Source: Zootoca vivipara
Lineage: Eukaryota
Reading direction: 5' to 3'
NCBI RefSeq assembly: GCF_963506605.1
Contig: NC_083287.1
Location: forward strand, 30,256,001-30,320,000
DNA length: 64,000 bases
In this document: positions 38,891 to 53,198 of the stretch, in pieces
Position numbering within the stretch: the first letter of the stretch is position 1
Layout: each line of letters opens with the position of its first letter
Position numbers and translations under genes: made by a program
Notes under the pieces: model-generated
Seen by the model: the letters and a program-made list of their open reading frames with translations, nothing else
Databases searched by the model: none
Told to the model about the DNA's origin: nothing

Positions 38891-39302
38891 CAGGGTTGCC
38901 AATATGGCACCCATGAGCGCAATGGTGCCCTTGAGGTCTGCCCCTGGCACACCCAAAGCCTCTGAGCTCTGCCCCCCCCACTGCCCCCTTCAACAACAGG
39001 TGGTGAGGGTGATTAGCTTTTTCTACCCTGAACAGTAGACAGAACTGAAGAACGATGCTGGAAGAGTAATGCTCTTTCCCACATCCTCTTTCAAGTCTAT
39101 GTGCTTTTTAAGGCTCAGATTAAGGCTACTGGATCCGGTTTGTACTCAGGATCCCTTGGAAAAGTGAAGTCTGTGTGCATGCACTTTATATTTTTCTCAC
39201 TCTCAGAGGTGGGGGTGAGAAGTGACCAGAGTGGGTGGTGCCCCACAATCCTTGCTCAAAAATCCAAATGTGCTCATAGGGGTAAAAGATTGGGGACCTC
39301 TG
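38891..39302. mobile_element. Old hAT-like element
   Basis: CAGGGTTGCCAAT ... ATTGGGGACCTCTG degenerate TIRs; weak TSD TCCTAGAG/CCTTAGAT. Confidence 0.45.
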
Positions 39303-42189
39303 CCTTAGATCAGCCCTAAAATAGGATTAATACTCTTTATTACTGAGGATGCTGTTACTGGGGGGAAAGGGGTTTAGTTTGCAAAGTGAGTTTGTGGCAG
39401 AGGTAACATTTGAACCAGAAGACTTCCTGGTTCACAGCTCAGACAACTAGTCATTTCTAGGCATGACAATAGCTCTCTACAAACAACATGCAAGAGAATT
39501 TCCTTCATATGTTGCTAATAACATTTTCACCACGGAGCACTGTTTTAGATAAATGCACATTTCATTTCTGCATACTGGAGTCACAAATGCATGCTTAGAA
39601 CATAGACTAAATTAAAAACTTACAACCAGCAATAACACAGACCATGTAATATTGGCAGCTTGCAAGCTGTGCTCCTGCCACATCCCCCACTCTCTCTACA
39701 CTGCATCTGCTATATTGAAAATGTGGCTTGCAAAGGCAAGTTGAACCACATGAACAGAAGCAGATGTGAAAAGCTTCAAAACAAAGGAGGCACTTGTTTA
39801 GAAGTGCACAAGTGAAGTGCTTTAGTGCAACTGCAAAATACAGATTCCCAGACAAATAATTAAAGAAAATAAATATTTAGCTCAAGAAAAAGGACAAAAG
39901 GAGTAGATATTGTAGTAAAACTTGCCAAAACGTCAGCCTGTGGGAATGAGAGAAGTCAGATTTGCAGAATAGAGAAGTTGAAGTAAGATACCGTATCTTA
40001 TTCAGAGCTATCCCTAAAGCAAAACCTATTCACTCAGTACCATTCATCAGATTACACTGAGCTTTTTGGTATCAAACACACACCTGATTATCTATACTAT
40101 AAAACTATGGGTTACACCACTTGTCATTTGTGTTAAATGGTAAATGGGTAATATATTTTAAAATGTTAATCATGCATAAGAATTAGAGACATTTCTAAAC
40201 AAACATACAAGAGATTCTAACATTTCAGTGGTTTCACAGACCCAACAATGGACTAGCATGTTCATTGCATGCACAGTAATTCCTTTTACAGCAGAATGGC
40301 TTCTCTCATCCTTACTTGTATTTAATATTCAGAAAGCGCTTGGAAATGCTTGACTATGCACAGAGCAAGTTTGTAATAAATAAAACACTTGCCCTGATTG
40401 AAAATGGGGCATTAAAGTTGCTTCCGGGCAACGTTCTTATCACCACCTTCTCTGAGCTTCCTCTTTTCTTCTGACAGATGCACATTCACAGACCTCAGCT
40501 GTGGTTGTGGTGCATATGAGAGAGACTCCACCCAGACTGGCAGTAGTAGAAGGAAACACAGCAGCAGCATGGCCACTGCAGTATCTTGCTTCCTTCAGAC
40601 AGGGAAAGAAACACCTAGACAAAGGCAACTCAGCCCAGAGGCAGCCATAACAATGCTGTTGCCCCAGCTGGCCAAACAGGCAATATGTTGCATGAGTTTG
40701 CTTACTCACTCTCCTGTGAAAGGGAGCTCACATTCCACAGCACTATCTGACCTTTTTAGCTGGTGATGATAGGGACTGAACATGCAAAGGACGTGCTTTT
40801 TCACTGAGCTATAGTGTCTTCCCATTTAAGTGTCAGAGGATGAAAAGTACAGTACTGCCAATAACGCCCCTTAAAAGCAACCATGTCAAAAGGACCATAA
40901 CCCAAAATTGCTTTAACAAGCAGGTGGAAAACTTGAATTTTCAGATTTAGGAATGCCATAGCTCAAGTTGCTAGCTGGATTTTCAATGAACACAGTGATG
41001 AACTAGAAAAAAAATTGCACCAACTCATTTGATTTTAGCAAATTATGACTGCGTTATAGTAAGATTGAAACTTGAGAGCTTTGAATATCTCCGTCCCCAC
41101 CTCAAGTATTACCTCAGTCTTCTACTCATTTGCCCTATAAATAACTCCAAATTCTATTTTCTCAACACCTATTATGAGGAGGAAAAATGCTACCCACATA
41201 CTTTACTTTTAAAGCTACATTTGAAAGAAACACACAACTATTAAAATGAGCACCAGCAGCTGTTTGGGTACAGTGTACAGCCCTCACTATCTCATGACTG
41301 TTCACTGGGCTTCTCTGATTTTTAAAGCGATAACTGTGCACCTTTAAAAGGCAGCACAACTGCCAGAAAGCCCTTCTATGCCATCCCTTTAATCAGTTTG
41401 GACTTTTGTTCAAGCAGCAACCTGTACTATGGGCGCAGATCTGTTCCATCACTCCAAACATCTAGCCCCACACTTTTTACACAGTCCAGAAAACAGTGAA
41501 ATATAGCTGATGACTGTGCATGAGCCCACATAAGAGAAAATGGAAAAGTTGTGAAGTGTTTCATGGATAGCAACTTGTGCATAGCAGATTGCAGGTACAT
41601 GCACATAACCCTGCAACTATTTGCTAGGGAATAACTAGTACTTCAGCCCTTCTCCATGTGAAAGTCTACCCTGCACTAAGCCACAGTTTAGTGTAACATG
41701 TGAAAAGCAGGTTTTTTTTTTACAAAATATTAATAGCTAATTTATGCATGATGTCCTCTTTATCTTCTACTACAATTTCTCATGTTCTACTGTGCACAAT
41801 AATTGAGTGCTGGTCATGAAATGTAGCTTTTTAAACATTCTCTCTTATAAAATAAGGTGCAAATGAGCTGAAAACTTTTTTAAAAGAAATCCACTTTTTT
41901 TTGTTAAGAACCAAAATTACAACTATAACTAAGATGCTGGTCCTGCAATATATTCATATTGACTGCTACCTGGTGCATGTGTCAAGGCTACAGAATTTTG
42001 AAGATTTTGATCTCCAAAGTAGGAAAAAAACCTGCAACTGTAGACGAATTGTAACATTCTTAAAAACGCTGTAACATGTGCATATGGACAAACTTTAAAA
42101 GCCCATGTCTTTACTTGCACCACTTGAAAAGAAACTGTACACATGGAAGGTTTGAATGACATGTTATGAAGACGCATAATGAAACCAGA

Positions 42190-42300
42190 CTGCTGAAGCT
42201 AAGCAGGCCTGGATCTGAAAAGTGCCTGGATGGAAGGCTGCCTGGGAATCCCAGATGCACCACCTTGAGTTCCATGATAGAGGAAACGGACAATATAAAC
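42190..42300 (+). mobile_element. 5S rRNA-derived SINE-like fragment
   Basis: GAAGCTAAGCAGG..CTG....GTGCCTGGATGGAAGGCTGCCTGGGAATCC aligns by eye to the 5S internal control region, followed by a non-5S L2-like tail. Confidence 0.6.
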
Positions 42301-43579
42301 AGTACTGAATAAATGTCCACGTTCCGTTTTCTTAGAAGCTACTTCAGCCACTCACCTGTGGAGTACTAAATGTTGCCTCTAGGTGAATAATGAAGCTTGA
42401 AAAGTTTTGTCCACTCAAAAGGGAGATGGCTTTCCCAACACATTCATAATGCTATTTGTGCCATAAAGTATTAAAACACAGATATGACATCAGATGGAAC
42501 CATTTTTTAAAAAGGGCTAATTATCTCTTGCAAGACTGCCAGTCGGACTTCCAAAGGTGAGACATGCATGTTGTCACACCGTACAACCTGATCAGCAGGG
42601 CAACCAAAATCTGTACTCAAGAAGCATTTGTGGATTTGCTCCTTTCTAATGTTTTTAATTTAATTGGCTGGCTTTTTTTACTTTATGAACCCTTATTTGA
42701 TTTTATATTGTTTTATTGTTTATGATTATTATAGGGATTAGTTATCTATTGTGATTTTATTGTTATGCACCGTACATTTATGTAACAATAGAATAATAAC
42801 TAAATAAACAGTCTCATTAAAAAACTGATGTCACTTAGCAGTATAGACTTGGGCAATATGTAGTCACTGAGCAATGAAAATGCACCTAAAAAGCACTTTT
42901 TTAAGTAGTAAAAAAGCACACAGAAAAGCAAAAAAAAAGTCATACTGCACCTAAAATACCAACTTATTTATTTTGGCATATGCTTTATTATGACAGCAAT
43001 CAAAATTTTAAGTATTATATTTTCCCAATGCTTCTCCAAGCAGTTAGTGGTAAGATATAATTACATCCAAAACTCAACATGAAGCAATGAAATCTCACCT
43101 GCATACAACTTTTGGAAATAAATGTTCTTTTCCCTGCAAGTGACTCTGTAGGCAATATTTTTAGTACACCTTAATTAAAATTTGTGACAACCTTCAGGCG
43201 CTAGATAAGATCATGCTGCAAGTCATATCTGGGTTGCAGGTTACCATCTGGATATCAAGTCTGAAGAATGAAAAGCACTTTATTTGCTTTCAAAATAAGA
43301 AACTGCTAAAAGGTGCCAAATTCTACACTTTGGATTTGGTCATTTGAGAACAAAATTATTTAACTGCTTTGAAAACAGGCAATTTTGAACTGCAGCTTAA
43401 TTTTCCTAAGTCTTGTGAGCCTATTTTATCCATTAAAACAGATTAAATACCACAGCAGTTAGTTTTAATTTGGTCTCTGTCATGTTATTTTAGTGCTGTA
43501 GTACTAAAGTGATGTCCATAATCGTGGTAAAAACATCAGATTGGTAGTTTTATGTCCTTGCTCAAAGTTTATCAAACAG

Positions 43580-43813
43580 TTACAGACGCTTCAGGTTGCG
43601 CGTTTTCAGGTTACGCACCGCACTGAACCCGGTAGTACCGGAACGGGTTACTTCTGGGTTTCGGCGCTCGCACACAACCACTAAATCGCGCTTTGCGCAT
43701 AAGTGCCTAATTGTGACCCGCGCATGCACAGATGCGTCACTGCGGGTTGCAAATGCTGCAGGTTGCAAATGTGCCTCCTGCACAGGTCACGTTCACAACC
43801 CGAGCGTCCACAG
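43580..43813. mobile_element. Tigger/pogo-type MITE lacking its left TIR
   Basis: Right end AACCCGAGCGTCCACAG|TA, CpG-rich body with GGTTGC repeats; the left end is replaced by a 43-bp copy of sequence also found at 46984. Confidence 0.7.
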
Positions 43814-46628
43814 TATTCTGTGTATTTTCAACACATGGATTAGCTGGGACTAGCCATTAACTAGGTGGTTGGAAGGCACAAGACCAATCATGATCATTTT
43901 GAAGAGTGGATGGGTTTCTTACATACAGAATTCTGGTCTTGAGATAAACTGATTTTGGTCTAATACAGTTTATCCATCCCTAACAAAAGTGTTGAGAAGC
44001 AGCTGGGCCCAACACATTTTACCACCAGAAATGAAGGACAAGACAGGCAGGGGAAGAATATACAGAAATCAACTGAACTAGCCATTTAATCTCACTTAAA
44101 CACTGATGAGAGGACAGTGTCCTCCACTGCCCTTAAGGCAGCAGGCTAGTAAACTGTGTTACACAGTTGTTTTCCAACAGAGGAATATCCCTGGGAGGCT
44201 GCCACTCTGTGCCCCACATGGACTAGCATGTGGCCCCCTGAGGCAGCAGCCAATACTCTTTTGCTTACTGCTAGGATAGTTCCTGGTTGAGAATCCAAAA
44301 TTTGAGAATCCAATTTTTAGAGAATCTAAATGAGAATCTAAAAATCGTGAATCACAAACAGAATACAAGAGCCCATGAAGATTTTTGTGTGCAATTTAAA
44401 CAAGTGCCAAGACTAAGACCTTAAAGGGTTCCATGCCCATTATTTTTAAAAAATGAAAATTATTCAGCTACATAGGAAGCTGCCCATGGATGGGTGCTGT
44501 TCCTGCTGCTGCCTTTTATTAATGGTATGGGGGTCTGTGACTACTGGTTTTGTTCTAAAAAGCCACCTTAAGAGGATTTTATTTTATTTTTACCTTACAG
44601 GCAGCTTGCAAACTTTTTAAGAATAAAAATTAATAAAAACCAGGACAGACCGTTTGCCCATCTATCCCAGATTTGTCTACTCTGATTCACAGCAACCCTC
44701 TGGAACAGATGTATGTAGCTAATGTGACGCTTACCAGATGTTGCTGGACTACAATTCCCATCAACCCTAACCACTGGACATGCTTGCTGGGAGTGATTGC
44801 ATTGTGAGTCAAACAATGTCTGGAGGGCACCATGCTCTAGCTCTAGGATACAGGTAGCCAATATAGTGGTCTCATGATATGGACCAACTCCCATTAGCCT
44901 CAGCCAACACAGCCAATGTTTAATGATGAGAGCTGCAGTCCAACATCATCTGGAAGGTGCCACATTGGTCATTCCTGCTCTAGGGACTCTGGCAAAGGTT
45001 TTTCTATCTTTTTCTACTCAATCCTTTTAACTGGAGATGTCAATAGACTAAACCTAGAACTTTTTGCATTCAGAGCACGTGCTCCACTTCTTGGGATATG
45101 GCCTTCCTCCATACTCTGAATTGACACTCAGAACTGAACTAGTTCACTATGTTTTTCAGTAGTAATGCAGTAATTATAACCCAGATATACTATTAAACGG
45201 AGCTAACCATTAGTTAATGGAAAACATTATTTCACCCCAAGTTGGTAATAATTGATTGTATTCCTCTTACATAATAGTGCCTAAAACCATATATCTAGCA
45301 AGTCTAACCATTCCATTATTGCAGAATGGCTCTCAGTATTTCCAATACTCCCAGCTACTATTATGTCAATCAATAGCCAGATCTTGATGTAGAGTCAGAC
45401 CAATGCATTAATAAGGACGGCATGAAAGACTCCAACAAATTGAAAAATAGGTCAAAGTGACCATGTTCCCTAAAGCTCCAAGTTAAATCAATAGAATTTG
45501 AGGTAATCCAACTGTACATGTTGAGGTCTTGCTAGGCCATTTAACAGACAAAGAACGACAGTACCACCAGTTTGCAAAACAGATACAATGCAATTACAAT
45601 ATTAGAATTACTATGACAATTCACCAGTGACAGAACTTAAGCTGAAAATTTAAATATCAACTCCAAAAATCATTTCACATCTTTCCTCAAATCTGTTCTA
45701 TGCAATCCAAAGGAGGGCATCTGTTCCACTGAATAATTTGGAATAATCACAGAGATAAAAAAATTATTCACCTTCTACAAACTACCACTACTGTTCACCT
45801 GGAGTATCACACTCAGCAAGGTATTTTTATTATTATCATTCGTTCATTGTGTGGTACCCAATGCACTCTTTCTGTAAGCGCAAGATATAAGTTTGCACAG
45901 TTCAAGTTCCCCACCCCATGTCAACTTTGAAGAGTTGAGGGAACTCCCAAAACAGATTTAGGGGGCAGGGCACCTGAGAGTGGGAGAGGAAGTTTAGCAC
46001 AGCTAAAAGTCCTTGCACTGATGGAACAATTGAGTTGAATACCACTCACTATTTTTATATTCCATCTTTCCTCCAATCAGGAGCACAAAGCAGCTAACAC
46101 TAAAAATTAAACCATACAGTGATAAAATAATCAAAACCATAAAATCTCAATACAAAACAGTAAACTCTGCAGCAAGGGGACCACACCTAATCATCTGAAT
46201 GACTGGACAAATAAAAATATATTCAGCGACAATTTCTACTCTAATGGCAGATTGAACATCCCCTGGGAGGGAGTTTAATAGCTTGGGTGTCTCATTATCC
46301 TAGTTAGCACACTAAAGCTGCAGTTATTTAACCACCATGTGCTGCCAAATATATGTGTTTAACATGGGGATTCAAGAACCCAACACCAGCTTAGAAGATC
46401 AGGCTGCCTTTAACTTTCCTGTATTTAAGGGGAAATTCCAGCTTTCCAGCAAGGCATTGAGCAGCGTAGTAAAAAGAGCTTACCAACTTCCCATCTTAGT
46501 TAAGTTATTATAACCCTGTACTCTGTTTTCCCATTCATAACACACAGGAAAAGTACAGAAGAATCATATACACTGCTATAGGGTATGGAAAGCTGACTAC
46601 AGATCTGAGGGGAGAGAAAAAGGCATTA

Positions 46629-46894
46629 CAGTGGTGCCTCACTTAACGAATGCCCTGCTTAAAGAAATTTTCGCTTAACGAAAGGTTTTTTCTAGCGGAG
46701 GTTGCCTCGCTAGACGAATTCGTTTTCGTCTAGCGAATCGCGGTTTCCCATAGGAATGCATTGAAATTCAATTAATGCGTTCCTATGGGCAAAAAAAAAA
46801 GCAATGCATTCCTATGGGATTCGCTAGACGAATTTTTTTCGTTATAAGAAAAGACCCGTGGAACGAATTAAATTCGTCTAGCGAGGCACCACTG
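46629..46894. mobile_element. Tigger/pogo-type MITE
   Basis: TA|CAGTGGTGCCTC ... GAGGCACCACTG|TA, with internal inverted CGTCTAGCG/CGCTAGACG repeats. Confidence 0.9.
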
Positions 46895-48519
46895 TATCTT
46901 AATTGTTTTATATTCAGAAGAACCTTAAAGCAAAGTACAAGACAGAATAAGATAGCATTATACTTTCAAAAATCAACAGGGACCAGATTGGTAGTTTTAT
47001 GTCCTTGCTCAAAGGTTTATCAAACAGGCCAAGCATATCCTTCTGGGAATGCCTGTTGGGGAAAAAATGTCATTAAAAGGCACTGAAATGCCAAGATAGC
47101 CAGTGCCTGTCTAATATCCACTGGAAGGGAATTCCTACAACAGTGGGAGTGGTACACTAATTAATTACCTAATTAATTATGTATGTAGGAAGTATGTAGG
47201 AAGGTAAGACACTCTCTCAAGTACCCTGATCCCAAGTTCTTTTAAAGAACAATATGAAAACCTTAAATCTGACCCAGTAGCATGTTGGCAGTCAGTGCAG
47301 ATCCCAGTGCAGAGTAGGTGTTACGTGCTGCTGACAAGTCACCAGTTTGTAGTGTAGATGCACTACTTTATTTATTTATGAACAACTGTGGCCCTAGCTG
47401 GAAAAAGGCACTCTTGGCTACTGATAACATCTGGGCCTCTGGTGAAAAGGATGGATCCAGGAGTATTCTGATTACAGAGCTCCTCCTTCTAAATGTGTGC
47501 AACACTATCTAGATCAGGAAACTAACCTGAACATGGGAACTTCTCACCTACAGTGCCTCCATCTTGTCAAATTGATAACCTGCAGCTGTTCTTTTCCCTG
47601 GGACTTACTTGGTCCAGGATTTTGTCTTCAATTAAACACTCCAGCTCAAAGCCACACTAAAAGAGCCAGCCTGTCCAGATATTAGACTCAACATCTGAAG
47701 CAAGGAAGAGTCACTGCTAGAGAACAAAACTCGTTTCCTGAAAGAGCAGGCTGAAGCACCTATCTTGTCCCAGTGCCGATTTCTAGAGGTACTGCAAGCC
47801 CATAAAAAGCAGCATAAGAACAAAAAGAAAAGAAAAATCAAACTGGAACAGAAGACAGGAAATGTACTGGTGGGCCTCTAGAATGGATGCACATTAGTGA
47901 CAGCTGCTTTTTGGACTTTCACGTTTCCATAGTATTTGAAAAGAAGACTAAATATAAGGTTCTGAATCCCTCCTGTATACCTAACCTACTCATGACTCAA
48001 ATTTAAAAAGCTTCATTAATAAAGCTGTCCTGCTCCAAGCAACCTACAATTATTTCAGAAGCCTCAGCCCCTTGCAAATAACATGCAGATGGTATTCTGT
48101 ATATCAGAGCTCACCAGTGATTTATAAGCTAAAGAGGCCAAATGCCCTAGCTCTGCTGCAGTAGAGGGGAAATACCATCTTGCACATGGCTGTTCAGAAC
48201 CTTATGACCTTTCCAAATGGACCCTAAAATAAAAGACAGATCGCTGCCCTGAGGAACTCCCAACCTAAGCCTGGACTGTTGGGTAATAAGGAAAAAGAGA
48301 AGTTGAACATGGCAGGGGTCTGTGAAGTGGAGGCAAGGGTGAACTAGAGAGATGTTTCTATTACGGAATATTACAATATGAAGCAGAGTATGTTCCCTCA
48401 GCTTCTATTTTGCTTCTTCTCTTACCTATCCCTCAACCAACTCATCCACAGTGTTTTTAGGTACCAGAACTGGCTATGTATTGCACATATTATTTGAAAT
48501 GAATGACACACAACAGTTA

Positions 48520-48720
<201 letters not shown>

Positions 48721-49477
48721 TTATATGCAACATAGTTAATGTGGTGTTTTTAGCTATTCACATCTATTTTTAGTGTGGCAACTTGCACAAAAGGCCTTTT
48801 AAAACTGAAAATATTTGCCTTAAGAACAAAAAAACCAAGCCTCTCAACAGTTGAGGTACATGTGACCAATGCCAAGTGTTCTGTAACTAGAGGTAATATG
48901 CACAACTGTTACAACCAGACTACACTGAAGGTAAACTCAGGAAAGAGCATTTGTGAGATTTTCTCTCACTTACTCTTCCATCTTTCGATCCCACCATGTA
49001 TAAATCCAAGGCTTGATATTCTGCATTTTGAAAACTGATGGCAATCTACATTTTCTTGGGGGGGACACCAGAAGGCCACATGCTACCTTTAAGACCAATA
49101 TTTATTATGATAGGTAAGGCTGAAAACCTAATTTCACCTTCTTGGAAGTTAAGCCCCACTGAATAGGACTTCTGAGCAGACATGGTTAGGGCTGCACTGT
49201 AAGAGTTTATTTCATTGTATGTGCAGACACAGAGTGCTAGACAAAAAGCTATTATATTAAGAAAATACAACTAACGTTAGAGCTGTGGAAGCTACTGTAC
49301 ACTATTCCAGTTAGATCACTTCTCATTGTTTTACCTTGCATTTTCTTAACAGATTCTGAGCCTCATGTGACAATGACAACTTGAATATAACATCTGATTA
49401 TGGGGACAATGTATCCCATGAAGTCCCATCTCCATGTCCTGAACTCTCAAATAGCAGAAAGGGAGGGGAAGCTAGAT

Positions 49478-49722
49478 CATCATTTCTCAACCGCTGTTCC
49501 GCGGCGACGAGAAGGGCAATTTGCATTGTCACGTGCCTGGCGGCCGCCAATGCACAACACTAACCCATCAGAAAGCAATATTTGGCAAGTGTTTCTTACA
49601 GTCATAATTATAATATAGGGCGGCACAGAGTTAATTTTTTAAACTTTTTAAATGGTGGTGTGCCTCGTGATTTTTTTCACGGAACAAGTGTGCCGTGTCC
49701 CAAAAAAGGTTGAGAAACACTG
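49478..49722. mobile_element. hAT non-autonomous element (245 bp)
   Basis: Perfect 8-bp TSD AGCTAGAT; TIRs CATCATTTCTCAACC / GGTTGAGAAACACTG. Confidence 0.88.
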
Positions 49723-50039
49723 AGCTAGATCATTTGGAGAACCTGCAACTTTCTACCTTCAAAGTTGTTATTAATCATTCATTTCTACACTGCAAATTCA
49801 TAAAAAGATATCCAAGTAGTATACAGAATCTCAATTAAAACCAATCAATAATATCAACATATATAAAAGAATCTGAAATATAAAAATAGATGTTCTAACA
49901 AGATAATGAAAACAATAAATTATTTCCCTAAGGCTTGCTAAAATAACAAAGTCTTTAAGTTGGCACTTGGAGCTCATTACAGAAAATGCCAACTTGCTCT
50001 CATTAGGTACAGAATTCCTTAACTCACACATAATGCACA

Positions 50040-51840
50040 AGTTATTGCCGAGGACAGTCTAGCACTGCCAGGCACCGTCAGACATGCCTCTGTGGCAAAT
50101 TACAAAGATCAGGCAGGGGTGTAAGGAATAAGGCCATATTTTAAACACAATGCCAAAGATTGCTTAGAGGTGTATATAATAATGGGATGCTGAAAATAAC
50201 TTGGCTGCCAGTGCAGCTCCCACATAAGTGCAGGGTAGCATGCCCAGTAACAACCCGGCTGCAGAATTCTGTGTCAGCTACTGCTTCCAAACCTGCTCCA
50301 AGGGCAGCCCCACATAGAGTGTATTATAGTAGTCTGTTCTTGGTTATCAATGCTTGAACCACCATAACCAAGCTATCCTGATTCAGGAACAGCCACAGCT
50401 AATGCACATGCTGAAGCTGGCGAAAGGCATTCCTAGCTACTGAGGCAACCTGAGTCTCAAGGGACAAAGCTGGGTCCAGGAGTACCTCCAGACTGCATGC
50501 CTGCTCAGAGGGAGTGCAAGAACAGGCAAATGGTCTCGTATCTCAGACACAGAAACCACTCATCAGCCATGCTTCCACCTTGCCAGGATTTCAACTCAAT
50601 TTACTGGCCCTCATCTAGCCCACCACAGCATTCAGGTACCAGTCCATGCTTTGCACAACCTCACCTGACTCAGATGTTATAGAGAAACACGAGATGGTTG
50701 GTTTTGGCATATAGGTGACATCCTGCTCCCAACCTCTTAACAACTACTCCCAACAGCTTCGTATGTTTAATAGCATCGGGGATAATATAGCGCCCTGTGG
50801 CACCCTATAAAACAAGTGCCAGAGAGCCAAAATGCACTCCCCTTATGCTATCCTTCGTAACCAACCTTGTAGGCAAGATTGGAACCACTGTAAAACAATG
50901 GCCCCCAATATCCTTTCCTTGGAGGCAGTCCAGAAGGACATCTAGTTGATGCCATCAGAAGCTGCTGAGAGATCAAAAAGTAGTAACAGGGTTGCACTCC
51001 TCTATCCCAAGAAAGGTACAGTAATCCACTAGGGCAGGGGTTTCCAACAAAATTTTCTCGAGGACCCCTCATTGAGCCGCTATTGTGACAAGGACCCCCA
51101 TTAATTCCTAATCCTAAAATTAAAAAGTGAGAGCCAAATTAAGAGTCTTTTTACATTTTATATTTTTAACCAACGGTCCATTTTTAACTACGCGAACTGT
51201 AGCTTCCGCGAAAAACAACGCTTTATTTACAAACACTACTGTTTTGCAAAGAGGCAGCGCTCACCAGGGAGGAGGGAGGGGAATGGAGAAGACAGGGTAC
51301 CTGCGCAGTAGCGCACAAATGAAGCCGACGCGCGCAAAGCATCTTGGGGAGGTGAGCGTTAGTAGAATGCGTGCGCTGCCTCTTTGCAAAACAGTAGTGT
51401 TTGTAAAGCGCCACCTAACAGCATACAGCAGAACTACTGCCTCTATCTAATTCTAGTTTTGCGCTAGACTCTGCTCATGCAGGAAGCGGCCAAAACAAAA
51501 AATCTGTTATCATACGTAATATATTAAATATATTTTTTATTCTAATAGCATCTTGCGGACCCCTCTGGCATAGCTCGCGGACCCCTGGGGGTCCGTGGAC
51601 CACCTGTTGGGAACCACTGCACTAGGGCATCCAAGGTCAAACTCAATTCTGTTCCAAAACTGGGCCTAGATAATCAGTCTCTTCCAAGAGTACCTGCACT
51701 TGTGCCAACACCTTCTCTCAACTCCTTTGCCCTAGAGAGGGTATTTGTGACTACATGATAATCATTAAAAGCCAATGGGTCCAGCATGGGTTTCTTTAGG
51801 AGAGGACACTTTCAGCCAGGCAAATAAACTGCACCCAATC
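50040..51840 (-). mobile_element. L2 LINE ORF2 remnant (split by the 51035 hAT)
   Basis: Reverse strand at ~50301-50335 encodes DYYNTLYVGLP (L2 DYCN motif), followed by LQNSA-like remnants. Confidence 0.7.
51035..51619. mobile_element. hAT non-autonomous element (585 bp) inserted in an L2 fragment
   Basis: Perfect TSD CACTAGGG; TIRs CAGGGGTTTCCAACA / TGTTGGGAACCACTG; subterminal GGACCCC repeats. Confidence 0.9.
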
Positions 51841-52608
51841 ACTCATACCTCCTCTACTAGCTTTTATGAACCAAGGTGGACAAGAATTAATAGGGTGATT
51901 TCAATGATATTTTTTTCAAAATGAAAGAGCATAATAGCCTTTCTTAAGTATTTTTTAAAAGTTACGTTAGTCAAATATACTACAGCAGGATTTCTAAACT
52001 CAAGGTTCAAAAGTAATAATGTTAGCAGTGGTAGCATTGTTACTAGATTACTAAGTAAGGTATTCAAGCTACACTATTATGATTCAATGTCGGTAAAACC
52101 GCTTTCAGAAGTTACGGAATATACAACCACTTTATTGTATTTGGATCAAATAGTTAGTGTGACACATATTGCTCCTGCAATGAGGTTGCAAGGCTTTTAG
52201 ACAAGCAAACAAAATACCTCCTGCTTGTCTCTTGCCACAGATCCCTTCATTCTCTGCATCAAGTGAAAACTGATGAATGTTTAAAGACAATACAAACTAA
52301 TATGAATGTTTGAATGGCCACTGGAAAGAAAGGCTTTTCAAAGGGGGCAATAAAACTGTGAAATTCAAACTGTTTCCCCATTTCCCCATAGGTGCCAGTT
52401 AATGCCTATTCTGCTGCCATGGTTTCAAGTGTCGTCTGTAATGCTATTATGAAGCTAAAACAAAAGTTCAAAATGAGAAGCTATGGTTCTTTCAGGCATC
52501 AATTCCAATAACATTACTATTTTTGAATATATATTATTTACTGATATGGAACAGGACATAAATAAATATGGTTCAATATAAACAATTTCCTGGTTTTTTA
52601 TAATTTTA

Positions 52609-53198
52609 CTAGCTGGCCCTGCCACGTGTTGCTGTGGCTCAGTCTGTTAAATGGAGACTCAGAGTCCCCCTTCAGACTCCCCTCACCTTCAGAGTCCCCC
52701 TGTTTTATGCGTGTTCTGTTTACGCAGGCGCATCCCTATGACTCCCCCCACCCTGTGCTGATCCATGATGTATCCCGCCCCCTCCTCCCCCCACCCCCGG
52801 CTCATCCCTGTGACTGGTCCCAACGTGTCCTGACCTATCCCGTCCCCTCCTCCCCCCAACCCCCACCCAGGTGAGTCAGTACCTCCATCCGGCCTAGTCT
52901 GTAAAGGCTTCGGCCTAGTATGTAAACTGGAGCAGAGGTGGTGTTGAGAGGGATGGTTTTATAGGTGCAATACCAGTGTAGCCACCGCTAGAGGGCACTG
53001 GTTTGCAACCTGGTTCTTTTCCCAGCATGCCCGGCAGTTTCTGCTGGGGTGTCATCTGTGCACGCAAATGGTATGTGGACACTCGGTTATTCGCATGTGA
53101 CGCTGTGTCCAAATTTCATTGGCATTGGTCAAGCGGTTTTGGTGAGAGGTGGAGACCAAACAACATGCCCCTTTTACATTTTTATATATACTGTATAG
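52609..53198 (-). mobile_element. Non-autonomous Helitron (590 bp)
   Basis: On - strand: A|TC 5' end (TCTATACAGTATATATAAAA), 3' hairpin GCCACAGCAACACGTGGC ~8 nt before terminal CTAG|T; no TSD. Confidence 0.85.

Noticed and set aside
42190-42260. 5S rRNA gene
   Set aside because: Partial, diverged and fused to a non-rRNA tail.
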